The notes beneath the pieces are model-generated. The model was not told the origin of the DNA. It did not search any database and worked only from the letters and a program-made list of their open reading frames with translations. A stretch of 64,000 nt of DNA from NCBI RefSeq assembly GCF_018977255.1, contig NW_024704742.1:130884001-130948000 (forward strand). Direction: 5' to 3'. Below, in pieces: positions 1 to 13,200 of this stretch (the first letter of the stretch is position 1; the number at the start of each line of letters is the position of its first letter). This stretch comes from Callorhinchus milii. Taxonomy: Eukaryota. The translations under genes and the position numbers were made by a program.

Positions 1-296
1 AGCTGGAGAATTAAGACTACATTTCACTACAATCTTGGGAGGGACAAGAAGAGATTCAACAAATTGGGGCTGTTTTCACTGAAACAGAAGGTGAATCCGA
101 TCTGAACGCAGTGTTAACTAATGGAACAGAAAAATTCTCTTGAGTTTTCCTTATTTTCCAATCTGCTAGCATTTAATGACTTGTAAATTGCACATTACAG
201 ACCTAGGGATTGGAACAACTGATCATGGTGTTCCAAATTCTGAAATTTTTGATGAGTTAAACGAGGAGAAACCATTTCCACTGGTTGGCGAGTTGG

Positions 297-627
297 TAAT
301 AATAATAATAATAATAATCCTTGCATTTGATATAGCGCTTTTCACGTCGGGAGGACGTCCCAAAGCGCTTCACAGAACACACTGTAAAGTGAATTGACTG
401 TATATTTGTGGGCGAACGCGGCAGCCAATTGCGCATAGCAATGTCCCACAAACAGTCGTAGATTGAAAATGACCAATTTATTATTGTTTTTGGTTTTGGA
501 GGGATTATTATTAGGCTCTGTGTGGAGTAAGGAAACTTGCACAAGGTTTCGCCCTGACCTGCCTGGGATTGAACTCAGGTCTCTCACTTGCAAAGCGAGT
601 GCTCTAACCACTGAGCTACAGGACTCC
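297..627 (-). mobile_element. tRNA-derived SINE family A, short (young) variant, full length
   Basis: On the minus strand: GGAGTCCTGTAGCTCAGTGGTTAGAGCA (A box), TGC anticodon-like loop, GAGTTCAATCC (B box), L2-like tail and (TTA)n end. Near-identical to copies at 35148, 36961 and 38180. Confidence 0.9.
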
Positions 628-2394
628 ACAATGAGAGCGAGTGGGTGAGAAAGAGAGGACGAGAGCATAACTTAAAATTATTACCAAAAGAACAAAGGAC
701 AGTTTAGTTGTTTTTTTTTATACATATGATTGTTAGGGCAAATATTGTCCTGCGAAAAAGGGCTAAAATGGAATCTCTAGTGGGTCTTAAAAAGAATTGG
801 ACAAATATTTGAAAAGAAATATTGTGGGTTTTGGGGAAACTGTAGAAGAGTAACTGAATGGATTCTTTCAGAGAGTTGTCCCGATGGACCTAATAGGCTC
901 CTGAGTTATTGAGTTATCTTCGCCCACAATGTTGGCAAAGAAGCAAGACTGCCTCTTAGATGCTGCATTAGTAAGAGAGGAGATCATGACATCAAGAATA
1001 TCAGTAGATGAATGATTAACAGTGGAGCCTTTGAAGATAAGAGGTGGATGAGGCATAAAAAGAGTCATGAAGAAACCATCTTTGAGAAATTAAAAAACAG
1101 GATTTTCATTGTACCATTGTAGGACATGGAGGAAGTTAAGATTTTATTCAGCCATTGCACTAAGTGAAGAGTGAAAATTCTGTACATTGAGAATGCACAG
1201 CCTAAAGGAAATTGACTTTACTTTTGAATCAACAGTGGGTTGCGTGAAACGTGTAGAAGGGACAGTGTTCGACAAGAGAACCCTGGGGAATTTCTGAGTT
1301 TATGGAAAGAGTTGGAGTATGATGCATACCACAGCATCAATTGAGCAATTTGAGAGGAATTATTTTAACTTTTGAATGTGCATAGTAACAGGCTTAGTGG
1401 ATCACCATTAAAGAGTTGTCAAAAACAACAAAAAATGATGTGTACCAGTAATTAAATTCAAAATGTGTCATTACTTAAATGGTGCTATATTTGTTGTGTT
1501 TCCTGGACATGGATTCTTTGTTTAGCAGTGTGCTGGAATAAAGATTAGAAGGAATGGATCCTCTATTGTTTAAGATGTGCATAGCCTTTAGTCTTTGTAT
1601 GGTAGTGGGAGGATTATTGTTGCCGTTTTATCAAGTCAACCACTAACTGTGAGCCAAATGGTGGAGGGGGGATAAGTGTTGTATGTGTGAAACCGCTAAA
1701 ATTGCAATCAACACCCCCACCATCTTATGCATTCCAATAACAACTATAAAAGAAACTAAAAACTGTAATCTCTTCAGTAATGGATAACAAATTCCTGAAG
1801 GTTAATTGGGAAGTGCTTCTGCTAATGCTCAGAATTGTTTGGGTGTAACACTCTGTTAGACACTATGCAATAACACATTGTGGTTCATGTATCTAGGAAT
1901 AAAGGTTGGAGAGCTACACCTGCTCTGTATTATTGCTACTGTGTCTAACCTAAAACCTCTTGTCGATACAGAGATTTCAAATAGGCACAGTAGCAATAAT
2001 CCCAAGCAGGTGACACCTGCATTTCCAATAATGGTCTTTGAGACCACAATTTAAGATGGTGTAATTGAAGAGCTCTATTTTATTGCAGCACAATTATGTG
2101 ATTTAGGAAATGCAAATGAGAGAAAACCGCTTTGTCACCAGTATTTGGTGAGCTAATAACATTGCGACACTTAAGAAGTTTCATGCTTGTTTACTGACTA
2201 TTTACTTATGCTTTTAAATTATGCTCTAATTTTCCATATCTATATTAATAATAATTAAGATTCCTTGTGTTTGATACAGTGCCTTATCACATCGAGACTT
2301 CTCAAATCACTTCACAGGATTGAACTATAAAATGTAGTGACTGCATTTTGTAGGCAAAATAATCTGGATTTAAGCATTGAGGTGAAGAGAAAAC

Positions 2395-2900
2395 ACAATT
2401 TACACTTGTACAGCGTTTTACATGTCGTGAAGATGTCCTACAGCGCTTGACAATTCTGGAAGGGCACTGGAACTGAGGAAGGTGAGGAGTGGAAAGATGA
2501 CCTAAAACATAGTCAGAGAGGTGCATTTTGAGATGTCACTTGGAAGAGGGCAGCAAGTTGGAGGGACCTGAGAATGGAGTTCCAGAGAGTGGGCGGTGAG
2601 TGGTTGAAAACCTCTCCACTTAATGTGGGGTGGATAGACTAAGGGACTTGGACTTGCTATCGACCAGGTGAAGGGAACAGATGGGTAGGTACTGGTGAAG
2701 GAGGTTGTGGAGGTGATAGGGGGGGGAGACCATGGAGAGATTTATATGTGAGATCAAGGATCTTGAACTCGTCAGTGGAGCTTAGTGAGGATGGAATGAC
2801 CAATAAGTGTGTATATGGGTAGGGACCGCACACCAAGGCTCTGGACCAGCTGTGAAAGGTGGAGTGTGAATTCATGGAGCTGGATGCTGTCAGCACATGT
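2395..2900 (-). mobile_element. Degraded L2 LINE 3' fragment
   Basis: Remnant peptide EFKILDLTYKSLHGL, homologous to the C-terminus of the L2 copies at 44.5-46.1 kb and 60.7-62.1 kb, plus the shared tail motif. Confidence 0.7.
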
Positions 2901-3580
2901 GGGTGAGAAAGATGTTAATTTTCTGATGAGATCAAATTGAAATACATGATAGTAACTGTGGCAAGGAACACGGAAGATTATAGGACGACCTAGATTCCTC
3001 AGTACAGCAGCCAAAGAATTGGTAAATGTGATCCAATCCAGACAAATCCAAAGATCTTCTCAAAATGTATTACAGAGGAGTATTTTTCAGCAGATACCCG
3101 TTTGGCAGATGCACACCTAAATCTATAGCATGTAATATAAAGTGATTATTTTTTTAAAGTCATGTGCCTCGAAGCACCAAAACCTTTAATTCTGTCATTA
3201 GTTAACTGACAAATCTACTGGATATAAAAGATAACACTGGTTTCCCTACTTGTGTGAACTTTTCGTACCGAATCAATTTATTGCAAACAACAACAAATTA
3301 CATTTATATAGTGCCTTTCATGCCAGAAGGATGTCCCACGTGCTGGAAGGTTAAAAAAAGGTTATACAAACCACTTTCCTTACCTCAGCAGAATATAAAT
3401 CTTCAGACTTGAGAAATATGGCTTTATTGAAAGAAAAGTTAGGGGGAACTTTAGACTTAGAACTGCTGTTTCTTTGATATTATTGAAATTTTTTTTTAGT
3501 ACAACTATTTCACAGTAGGTTTCATCTGCCAAGGAAGGGAGAAAGACAGAAAAGGAAAATTGCCTCTTCTACCTATCCCC

Positions 3581-3690
3581 CCACAATATATACAGTCAAT
3601 TCACTTTACAGTATATTCTGTGAAGCGCTTCGAGACATCTAGAAGACGTGATAAGGCACTGTATCAAATGCAAGGATTATTATTATTATT
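3581..3690 (+). mobile_element. SINE family A, 3' fragment
   Basis: cagtcaattcactttacagtatattctgtgaagcgc...aaatgcaagga(tta)n. Confidence 0.8.
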
Positions 3691-4648
3691 CTATTTTTCA
3701 AAATTGATGCCTACAACAAAAGGAAAGGTTTGTACCACCATTTGCTTTTCTATTGAGTCATGCTTTAGCATATTCAAGTATGCTAAAGATACTTCAAATA
3801 GATACTTGTATACTTTCAGTGGCTGCTTTTTCTTGTGAAACATTGTAATTCATATCTTTACAGCAATGCCGTTTAAGGTTATTTAATACATTGTTTGTAA
3901 AGATAAAAATACTTTCACTTAATGTTTACATACTTGGTCCACAGCAAATTAAGTTTGATGTATTGTTAAATATCAATAGTCAGCAACTCTCTTGACCTAA
4001 TTGTAATTTTCTTATACATTTATAATTAGTAAAAATGTTTCACCGTGACTTTTTAAAAAAAATGGATTCTAAATAGAAGAAAGACATGCCACAATTAGCA
4101 GATGAACACAGAAGTTCTCCCTTTAATACTTTTGTAATTGTAGATTGTCTACATTGGGTCAATATAGAATAAGGTAACAAAGAGCAACCTGGAATTGAAA
4201 TTATTTTGTGCACATTTTACAGATTACCGGCACAAGATGACAAAGAGTAAACTTGTATCTCTTTGAAGATGCTGAAACATACCTGAATGCAAATGCTGTG
4301 GGGGTAGGGGAGTGGGGAAAAGAAGTGGATATCTTTTTGTTGTAGGCATCAATATTGGAAATTATGATAGATGGAAAAGGCAATTAGCTTTTCAGCTGAG
4401 CGAACTGTTTCACGTACAGCATAAATAGTTGTAGTCTATTAGCTAGAAAAGTTTGGCTGCCAGGGTTCTTCACTAAGAGAGCCTGTGGGCAGTGTGGTAG
4501 TTTGTTGGTAGTTGTTACTTATGAGAAAATGCGAGCGTGTGTGGTGTGTAGTGCTGAATCCTGGTTAATGCAGTTGCTCCATTAACTACATATGTGGGCC
4601 TGGCTTGATTGCTTTCCACGCTGCTTCTTGCACAAAAATAGTCAATTT

Positions 4649-4942
4649 AATAATAATAATTATCCTTGCATTTGATAAAGCTCTTTACACGTCTTCTAGA
4701 CGTCTCAAAGCGCTTCACAGAACATACTGTAAAGTGAATTGACTGTATATTTATGGGCGAAACATGGCAGCCAATTGCGCACAGCAGTGTCCCACAAACA
4801 GTCATGGACTGAAGCGACCAATTTATTATTGTTTTTTTCTTGAGGGATTATTATCAGGAGTGTGGAATAAGGAAACTTGTCCAAGATTTTGCCCTGCCGG
4901 GAATCAAACCCAGGTCTCTTAACTTGCAAGACAAGTGCTCTC
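4649..4942 (-). mobile_element. SINE family A copy lacking the internal segment
   Basis: (AAT)n end, tail, ggaaacttg...gaatcaaacccaggtc B-box region. Aligns by eye to 297-627. Confidence 0.85.
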
Positions 4943-4974
4943 CAGGTCATTGGAATGCTGCTTTGGGCATGCCT

Positions 4975-4990
4975 CACACACACACACACA

Positions 4991-5035
<45 letters not shown>

Positions 5036-5050
5036 ACACACACACACACA
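4975..5050. repeat. (CA)n microsatellite with two TA interruptions
   Basis: Direct reading. Confidence 0.98.
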
Positions 5051-6040
5051 GAGGGAATGATGGTGACAATCTGATGACCTGAAAGTTGGCCTTTTTATTA
5101 GCGTGGAAAGCAAGATGTGCAGCTTGGTGCATGTGTGCAATGAAACTGACTATTATTGCGTTCTTCGGACTTGAATTGAAATTTTATGGCCCAAACGGCT
5201 GTTTTGTAATGGGACACCACAGTATGCACCTGTATATAGACATTGATATAAATAGTAAGAAGTAATTAATCACTTAATCCTTACTTGCAGTTGATAGTTA
5301 TTGTTTTCGTTTTGCTGTAACACTGAGGCAATAAGTTGTAGTGCCCACACATGAGTCTTTCTGAGGAAAGGGCACATAGGGTCAGTACTGTAACAGCGCA
5401 GGTGTGTGCCATTGAGCTTCATAGCGGTATGACTCATTATCCATAGAGGAGAGTTATCTAAGTAGGTGAGTGTTATGACATTATCATCAGTCCGTACAAA
5501 AAAAAACTCAAAAGATTAACTGCTCTAACAGTGGAATATGTTCAACAGACTGGGACTGAGCTCCAATGTGCAACTTGAAGCTGTAATGTATTGGACTTTA
5601 TTTTTAATAATAAAGTATTGCAAATGTTATGGATATACCAGTGAGAATTATAAATGTGGACATGTCACAACTGGCAATGACAGGGAATAAATATCCCACA
5701 TGAGTCTTGAAAAATAAATATCTCCCTCGTATCTCCTCACTTCCTTTATCATAATTAAAATTCGAAACCGATTTGTTTTTGGAGCAGGGTGGAAATTGAA
5801 AGTGCACCTCTGCAGTTCCCAGGTTGAACATTTGTGAGAAAGTTTGCACTCTTTTTATAGCAGCCTGAGATGGAGATTCCGTCTATTAGTTGTACATTAG
5901 CTTCCATCATATGGAATGAAACCATATTAAACTATATTGCAGCAATAAGCTTGTTCTTTAATTTTGTCATAAAAACAGCACCTAGGGCCTTCTGTATAAT
6001 ATTTAGTGGTTTGTGGGAAAATTGTGTTATTAAGCTTGAT

Positions 6041-6463
6041 ATTATCCTCGCAATTTATATAACGGCTTTTCACATTGGGAGGACATCTTGAAGCGCTTCA
6101 CAGGATTTTACCGTAAAATGTAATTACTATATATTTTGTAGTCAAAACACAGCAGTATGCGCACAGTCGCGTCCCACACACAACCATGACCATTTTTTTG
6201 TTTGGAGAATTGTTGACCAGGACACTGGGAGAAACTCCCTTTTCAAATAATACAGAAACACGGGATCTTCAACAAGCATTTGAGAAGGCATACTGGACCT
6301 TATTTCTTTTTAATGTCTTGTCCAAAGGATAGCACCTCCGACAATGCAATGCACCCCAAGCACTGCACTGGAACATCAGCCTAGATTGTGAGTTCAAAGT
6401 CCTAACATGGGCTTGAACCCACAACCTTCTGACTCTGAGGCAAGGGTGCGACCCCCTGAGCCA
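6041..6463 (-). mobile_element. SINE family B (tRNA head, Deu-domain-like core, L2-like tail), near full length
   Basis: Head on the minus strand ...ttgcctcagagtcagaaggttgtgggttcaagccc, core aagatcccgtg...ggagtttctcccagtgtcctggtcaa, and the shared tail. Confidence 0.8.
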
Positions 6464-7424
6464 GCATTCAGGAGCAAATAAAGTTTATACTTAATGAGTT
6501 ACAAAAATTTGAGGCATTCAGCAACATTATCATTGAAAGGTGATAGGAATGGCAAGGGACACACTTGATAAATATGAACCTTATTTGTGGAACAAGAAAG
6601 AGCGCTAAATAAAGCCACTTTAATTTGTTAATACCACAAGTGTATAATCGAAAATGTAATTTTTATATCATAGTCGCTTACGCCCTGTAACAAATTAACC
6701 TGTAACAAATTAACCGAACAGTAAATCTCATTCCTTGACACTTTGATATGGTGCTCTGAATTTCCATTATACAATTCACATTAAGCCATGCTGTGCTGCT
6801 TCATAATGCCAGATCAATCTGTCGGTGGCTGGTGAGAGGATCTGTATCTTGTGGAGAAGCTTTAAGCAGAGGAAGTGAACATTTACTGCAAGGTTAACCT
6901 GTTAGACGGTATAACAGATCTTTAGAGTTGAATGCTAGTAATTTTGAACATGGCATTTCATTTGTACATCTAGGTGGTGAGGTACCTTGGCATGTGAACG
7001 CAGTGTGCAGCTAGACAATGGTAAAGTGTAGGTTTTGCACCAGTATCTCCCAATTGAGCCATTGTGTGGAGATGCTGAACAGATGATGTATTTTCCTTCA
7101 AGGGAGGGAAAATTGGACAGAATAAATCCACTGTGTTGTTCAGAGTGTCATTGGCAAAGACCTTGAAGCAGGTCACCAGCTGTTCTCCCTGACTAGGAAT
7201 AGTGTGGAAGAGGAATAATAAGAAGAGTAAAAATTAAAACTAAATTGACTCCCATTTATCAGATTGCTGTTTTTAAGCTAACTAAATTCAGTTGATTGTG
7301 AATTAAATACTTTGTGAATAACTTTTTTTCTGAAGAAAATACCCTTCCAAATCAAACTGTTGTTGCCTCAGCAATATTCCCCTCAAGTTAATGGACTCTA
7401 CAATATAAGTGTTTTGTTTTCAAG

Positions 7425-8113
7425 GTGCCTAACCAGAGAAGCAATCCCCATCAGCCAGCCTCTTCACACCTAGATGGCTCCTACCTTGGAACGGTACCTA
7501 TGTGCATGCTTATAAATGCTACTGGTGACTCAAAGCATGTGCATACAGGTCCATCTGCAATGCCTATTCTTCAATACAACGAGAGTTTGCGTTTCCCTAA
7601 CCATCATCTCAATCGAGTGCAACATGCTGATAGTCTTCCAATCCAAAATGGTTATCAGAGGAAACCTGGAAGTACAATTTCAGCAGAGCCTGTTGCAGGA
7701 AGACGTGTTCATTTAAGTGAAGAGGTGAGCATAGGTGCTATGCAGCTTGGTAGACGTTGTGATCCCATTGATCCAGATGGAGGCCGTCCTTTCTGCCAAA
7801 CACACGTGGTAACAGATGGGGCTGATGCAGAAAGTCAGTTCACTAATGTTAATAGCAGGCATTCAAGAGCATTTTCTGAACACAATGGTGCCTATGGGAC
7901 CCCTCAAATCCTGCCAATGAAGGATCAAATGGGAATAATAACTGGAGAAGCCGATGGAAGGAAAATATCTACAAAACAGAGGCAGCAGTTGTTATGTCAG
8001 AAAATAGAGTTGGAACTGGAGAAAGAGCGACTGCGGGAATTGCTGGCTCAGCAGGAAGCCCAGCTCCTCCTAAAGCAGCAGCAGTTACACCAGTCAAGGC
8101 TGGATTATGGCAG
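7425..8113 (+). CDS. KIAA1328: KIAA1328/hinderin, large internal coding exon (689 bp, phase 0 to phase 2); upstream exons lie outside the window
   Basis: Open frame bounded by acceptor ttttgttttcaag|GTG and donor AG|gtgaga. It encodes the coiled-coil motif QRQQLLCQKIELELEKERLRELLAQQEAQLLLKQQQLHQSRLDY, which I recognise as the hinderin motif. Confidence 0.9.
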
Positions 8114-9859
8114 GTGAGAACTTGGTTGCACCTTGAACTTCCCTATTGGGTGTAGGTTTACCCACTGAAATGAACTGTATAGATTTGGCAACAAACGTTT
8201 TAATTGAGATTGGCTGTGGTGCCAATTGAGAGCAATGGTTTGCAGTTCCCTTTCCTGATACCACCTCACAGGTTTGAATAAAATGGATCCTGTGCAGGAG
8301 GAACATGCAAAGTACATCGGTTTCATAAATCTCCCACCTGCGTGACATTTAGAGCGTAACTCACTCAGCACAGTTGCAATTCAGTAGAGATTAAAAGTAA
8401 TTATCGGTAATTGCCAGACCAAAGCAAAATTCAAAGGCGACATAATAAATGGTAACCAGAAAGTGGTACTGCAAGGTTTAGCATAATTACACAATCAATG
8501 ATAAGGTAAGGCAGAGCTGTAACCCAGTCTTCAGATCCCAGGTTGTTCATGTGGTTTCACAAAATGTAATGTTGCTCTCTTAAAAACTGAACTAGAATTG
8601 GCAACATTATTCAAATGAGTTCTCCTTGAGGTACTGTCCTTGGATTTATGTTCACTTACTCAGAAAAGATTTCACTTCACAAAATCAATTCATTTACAAA
8701 AAGATGCACTTCTGGTTCACTTCATCCATATTTTAGAAGTAAAACTGAAGCCAGCAAAGGAATGATGTATTATTTTAACCATTAGCTTTATTCTGTGAGT
8801 TCTGTGTACTCTTAAGGAAATGAAAACTGAAATATGGGATATTGTGAAACTATTTAACCTACTAGCTTGGAAGTGTGTGCCTTGCATCCTTTAATGACTT
8901 TGACTTTAACTTGTTTTCTTCCTTCCATCAGCTATCCTACTACTTCATGTTACCAGTGACCCTTACCTTCAGGTCTGTGTTAATGCTAAATCTGTAGCAT
9001 GCACAACTATCTAGCTCCAGTTCATAAGAAAACCACTCCTAGTGATCCAAAATATCTCAAACCGTACTGCTATAAACATCAGAAACTGGAAATGTGAATA
9101 AAAGTTAAAAGGGTCAACTCAAAGGCAAAAGTAAAGATGAAAATGAGAACTAGATGAGTGGGACAAAAGTGAGTGAAAAATGATAATGAAGAAGAGGCTA
9201 AATAGATCAAAGTTAGTAGTTGTAATAAAGGCATTGTGGAGAATAAAAAGGAAAAACAAAGGAAACCAATATTGAAATGGAAGAATGAACATGTTTAAAA
9301 ATAAAAACACAGGAGGAAGAAAAATTAAACTTTTTTTAATATATAGAATAAATGCCTGAATCAATGGGTAAATGCGAAGGTATATAATGAGAGCTTCAGA
9401 AAAAATAACAAGGGAGGGCGATCCTAGTCAAAATAATCTGATTGATCCCATTAGAGGCTGCTGCACAAAGTTTTCTGTATAAATAAACAAGAGGAATGAT
9501 GAAGCATGAAACCAGGTAGTTTTGGCCCATTGAACTATTTTATCAATCATTTGCAAAGTTTTATTCATATAATCCCCACCTTTTCGTCATATTGCTTAAT
9601 ATCCCTTACTTTCCAAGCATTGATCTGTCTCACTCGAGACCTTCCTCTTTGACCGCGCCCTTGGTCATCCTTCTCCTCCCCACTGCCCTTGGCTCGGATG
9701 CCAAGCCAGGACTATCAAGTGCCTTGGTACGTCATTCCGATATGGAAAGTGCTATATAAATGTAAATTTGTATCGTAAAGGAAACAAAATTCAAATACTC
9801 TATTAAGACTCTTTGTTCCTGGTATCATATGGAGAATCGTTACTAGACTTGTTTCAAGA

Positions 9860-10225
9860 CAGTTATATTCTTCTTAAAGTGAGGCATCCATCACTGAGCA
9901 CAACATTCTCGCTGAGGTCTGACCAGCTTACAGTTATAGTAGTAGTTCCTTGACTTTATATTCTGTATATCCTGTGATAAGTCCCAGCATCCCATTAGCC
10001 TTTTTGATTGCTTTCAGCATCTACAAACTAGCTTTTCATGATTTATGTATCTGAATCCCATACTCATCTAACACCCCTACTGCTTTCCTATTTGGAAAGA
10101 ATCCCATCTGCTATTACATTTAAAATGTATTGCAACATTACACTTTTCAACACTGAACTGCATCTGCCATTGTTCCGCCCACTCGCTTAATCTGCATATG
10201 CCCCTTTGCAAACATCTCTTCACAT
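9860..10225 (-). mobile_element. Degraded CR1 LINE ORF2 fragment
   Basis: Remnant RLSEWAEQWQMQFSVEKCNV, a typical CR1 reverse transcriptase C-terminal motif. Confidence 0.75.
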
Positions 10226-13200
10226 TTAATTGAAGCTCCCATTTCTCTCGGTTTCTTTTTATTCCATACACTTTAACTATTAACTAATAATGCCATGTAT
10301 GGAGTCTTATCTAACTGACATCCATTAAATCTCCTGATTTCCTCTTTCAGATTTGTGTTGGCACGTGGTGCATTTCTAGTATGTTGATGCACATTTGCAG
10401 TTTTTCTTCTTTAATTAAACTTCTGCACTGAGAAAGTCTGTTAGAATATTTCGGAATTTGGGTGTTTCTAAATGTATTATTTTAGGTGCTACAATGTGGA
10501 AGGCTAAGAGTTGTCCGGCTCACAAGTTGAAAGATTCGGAGATAAAGGATGCATGGATACAGCTTTAGAGTATCAAAGATAAATTGCACACGGTCATTGG
10601 AACTAACATGGTCAATGTTGACTTTGCAAATATTTTATATTCTCAGTGTTACTGAATATAGGGCTCTGAAGTTGAATTGCTTGTAGAGGAATGGTCATTA
10701 GCCTGGCATGTTGCTGCTGCTTCAACTGTGTTAATTTAACTCCCTCACATTTTCTGACTGAGTAACTCCTACGGGCTATTCCCCAATGAGGTCATCATGC
10801 TATAGTGTTTAAAGAAAAATGAAAAAGAAATGCACAATAAGATGAACACAAGAGTGTGAAAGTCAATGAAAGTTCACTTGGACTTGCTAATTTTCTGCTT
10901 TTTTCTCGTGACTCCTGGAGATAGTGATTCCCATTGGGGCACAGTTCCATAGATTCTAACAGCCCTCTGTTACTTTATCAAGTAGTCAGTCTTAATATAT
11001 GAGCCTAGATGGTGTCAGTAAGCATTTTGACTGTGGAGTACTGATGCATCCAAGTCACATCCAGTTTTCTCCCAATGTTCACACATATGCACTTTCCAGC
11101 AGATGCTGCTGGATGGCAACTGAGAGGGAGAACAGGATGTTTTTTTTCTTTCTTCCTCCCTTGGCCCTGTTAGACCTAGAATTACTGAGCCCGATTGTTG
11201 TGCTCCATTACTGTCTTTAAGTATTATATTAGAAATACAGAAATGCCAAGGTGATTGAAACTGGCCTCTTCCTTGTAAATACAATTTAAAACTGCATCAC
11301 ATAGTGCATTTGGTCACTGATCTGTCTTGGGTGAGGATGGGTGGGGGAGAGACAGAGACTGACTTTAATTTTAAAATGGAATCTAATTGGGACGATAGCT
11401 CCTAAAAGTACAGTCCCTTCATGCCCTAAATGGATTGTTTTCTGTTTGTACTCTAGGGGTTGGTGAGTGCATTAAAAATTGTACGCTCTCCCATTTCTTT
11501 ATGCATGTTACAACACTTTCATGTAATATGTATTCCAGGTTAAGACTTCATTGTGACGTTTCACTGATAACTAAAGATAGCTTTGGAAAGAATTGAAGTC
11601 TGATTTGGCTGGTGGCATTCATGCAGAAACATAAAAGAAAATTAGCTGTATATGAAGGGAAGAAGTCAAAGTGCATATTTAGCTTGCCTTACATCTCCTC
11701 ATAAAGCAGTGCAGGCTCATTCGTAGGCCTTTATACCTTCAGCAATCGGGTTTGAATATTCTGAGCATTTTTACATAATTGGTACGATCAAGTAGGAGCT
11801 TTGAAGCTTGAATATGCTCGAGGACTTGTTTTCCAGCTTCTGTTTGCTATCCCGGATAGAAGTTGCCAATACACAAACATGTTATAAGATCTACACAAAT
11901 TTAATGAAAGCTTCATCTTTTTTCATAGGTTCATGGGTTGTTTGCCTGCATTTGAAAACACAATTCACAATGAGGATCCAACAAGACCAGGAAAATTTTC
12001 ACAGAATGCAGCCCAACATACTGAAAGGTCAGATTATCTCTTATTGTGTTTTGTTCAGTGCAGCTCACTTGGTAGCATTCTCGCCTTTAATTCAGAAGGT
12101 TGTGGTTCAAGCCACATGTCACTATTTGAGTCAGTAGTCGTACAGCTGTACAGATGGCTGATGCTGCAGTACCTGGGGTATTAGACAAAGCTTGCCTGTA
12201 TAAATTCTACCTATATGTGAATTGTAGCAAAAATTGTATAATAAATAAGCTCCTTAATTCGGTGGAAAGTGCCCACCTTTTTGGCTTTGCTTCTATAAGC
12301 TTGTTGACACATGGGGCTAAGATACCTACATTTTTATCTGTACCGTTGTGACTGGCAAGATTGTTGATCCAATCCTAGATACTGCACTATATTGACAGCT
12401 TAGGAAACAATTTAACTTGGTACACAGCACAGAGGTCTGAGTGGTTAGCTATGCCTCTTCAATGTTGCAAAACGTTGCAGGATCACCAGTTTATTCCAAT
12501 CACTTTCATACACCTGCTCATGAGTCTGCGAAGCCAACATGCTGCCGTGTGAGTGCACTGACTAAATGAGAAGATTTAAGATTAGTTAGTGCCTATGAAG
12601 TTATTACAAGTCAGTAAATTGGATCTCCAATATAGGTCCCTTCAGGAACATTTAATAATATTTTTGGTACCCAGTATTAAAAATATGTTTTGATCATTTA
12701 ATTTCAGTTATTTCATCGACCAGTTATGTAAGATGATTCAGGCATGCTAAAGTTAGGCTAGAAAAATTTTGATGGGAGGCTACATTCTACAGAGACTGCA
12801 TTCCCTTTTGTTGTTTAATGATCAACCTTAATTAACATGCAAATTTGAAATAATTAGAACACATTAAAGGTGTTTAACTGCATCTCCCTAAAGAAATATT
12901 CAAATTACACTAAATGTGGCTTTAAATTATTTAATCCTCCAAGGTCTATGGTAGCAGTTTTCTATTACATTTTTTAAAAAGTGACAAGGTTAAACTTTTT
13001 TTGTTTAATAAGTAATAATCGTTATTAAAGAATGATTGTGTATTCCAGAGATGATGATTCTTTGCAATGGATTCCATTAAAACTTAATTGTTTAAATTTT
13101 TAAAAAGAAAGTGTCCTATTTCAACAGCTTCTGTGTAGACTAATGTTCCACACATTATCTATTAAGTTGAATCTGCATAAATAATGCATGTCAAAAAAAA

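Noticed and set aside
176..668. Recurring short ORFs such as ...RNWLP...IQSIHFTV.SVKRF...[10 protein letters not shown] throughout the window
   Set aside because: They are translations of SINE family A copies, not a gene family.
4705..5140. VCVC / THTH low-complexity ORFs
   Set aside because: Translations of the (CA)n microsatellite.
6684..6715. Small tandem duplications (15 bp here; similar at ~57000-57046, ~48652-48680 and ~60395-60434)
   Set aside because: Ordinary slippage-type micro-duplications with no sign of function.
1..7424. Possible further upstream KIAA1328 exon
   Set aside because: I found no splice-bounded frame resembling the N-terminal hinderin sequence, so this is treated as intron. 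A small exon could have been missed.
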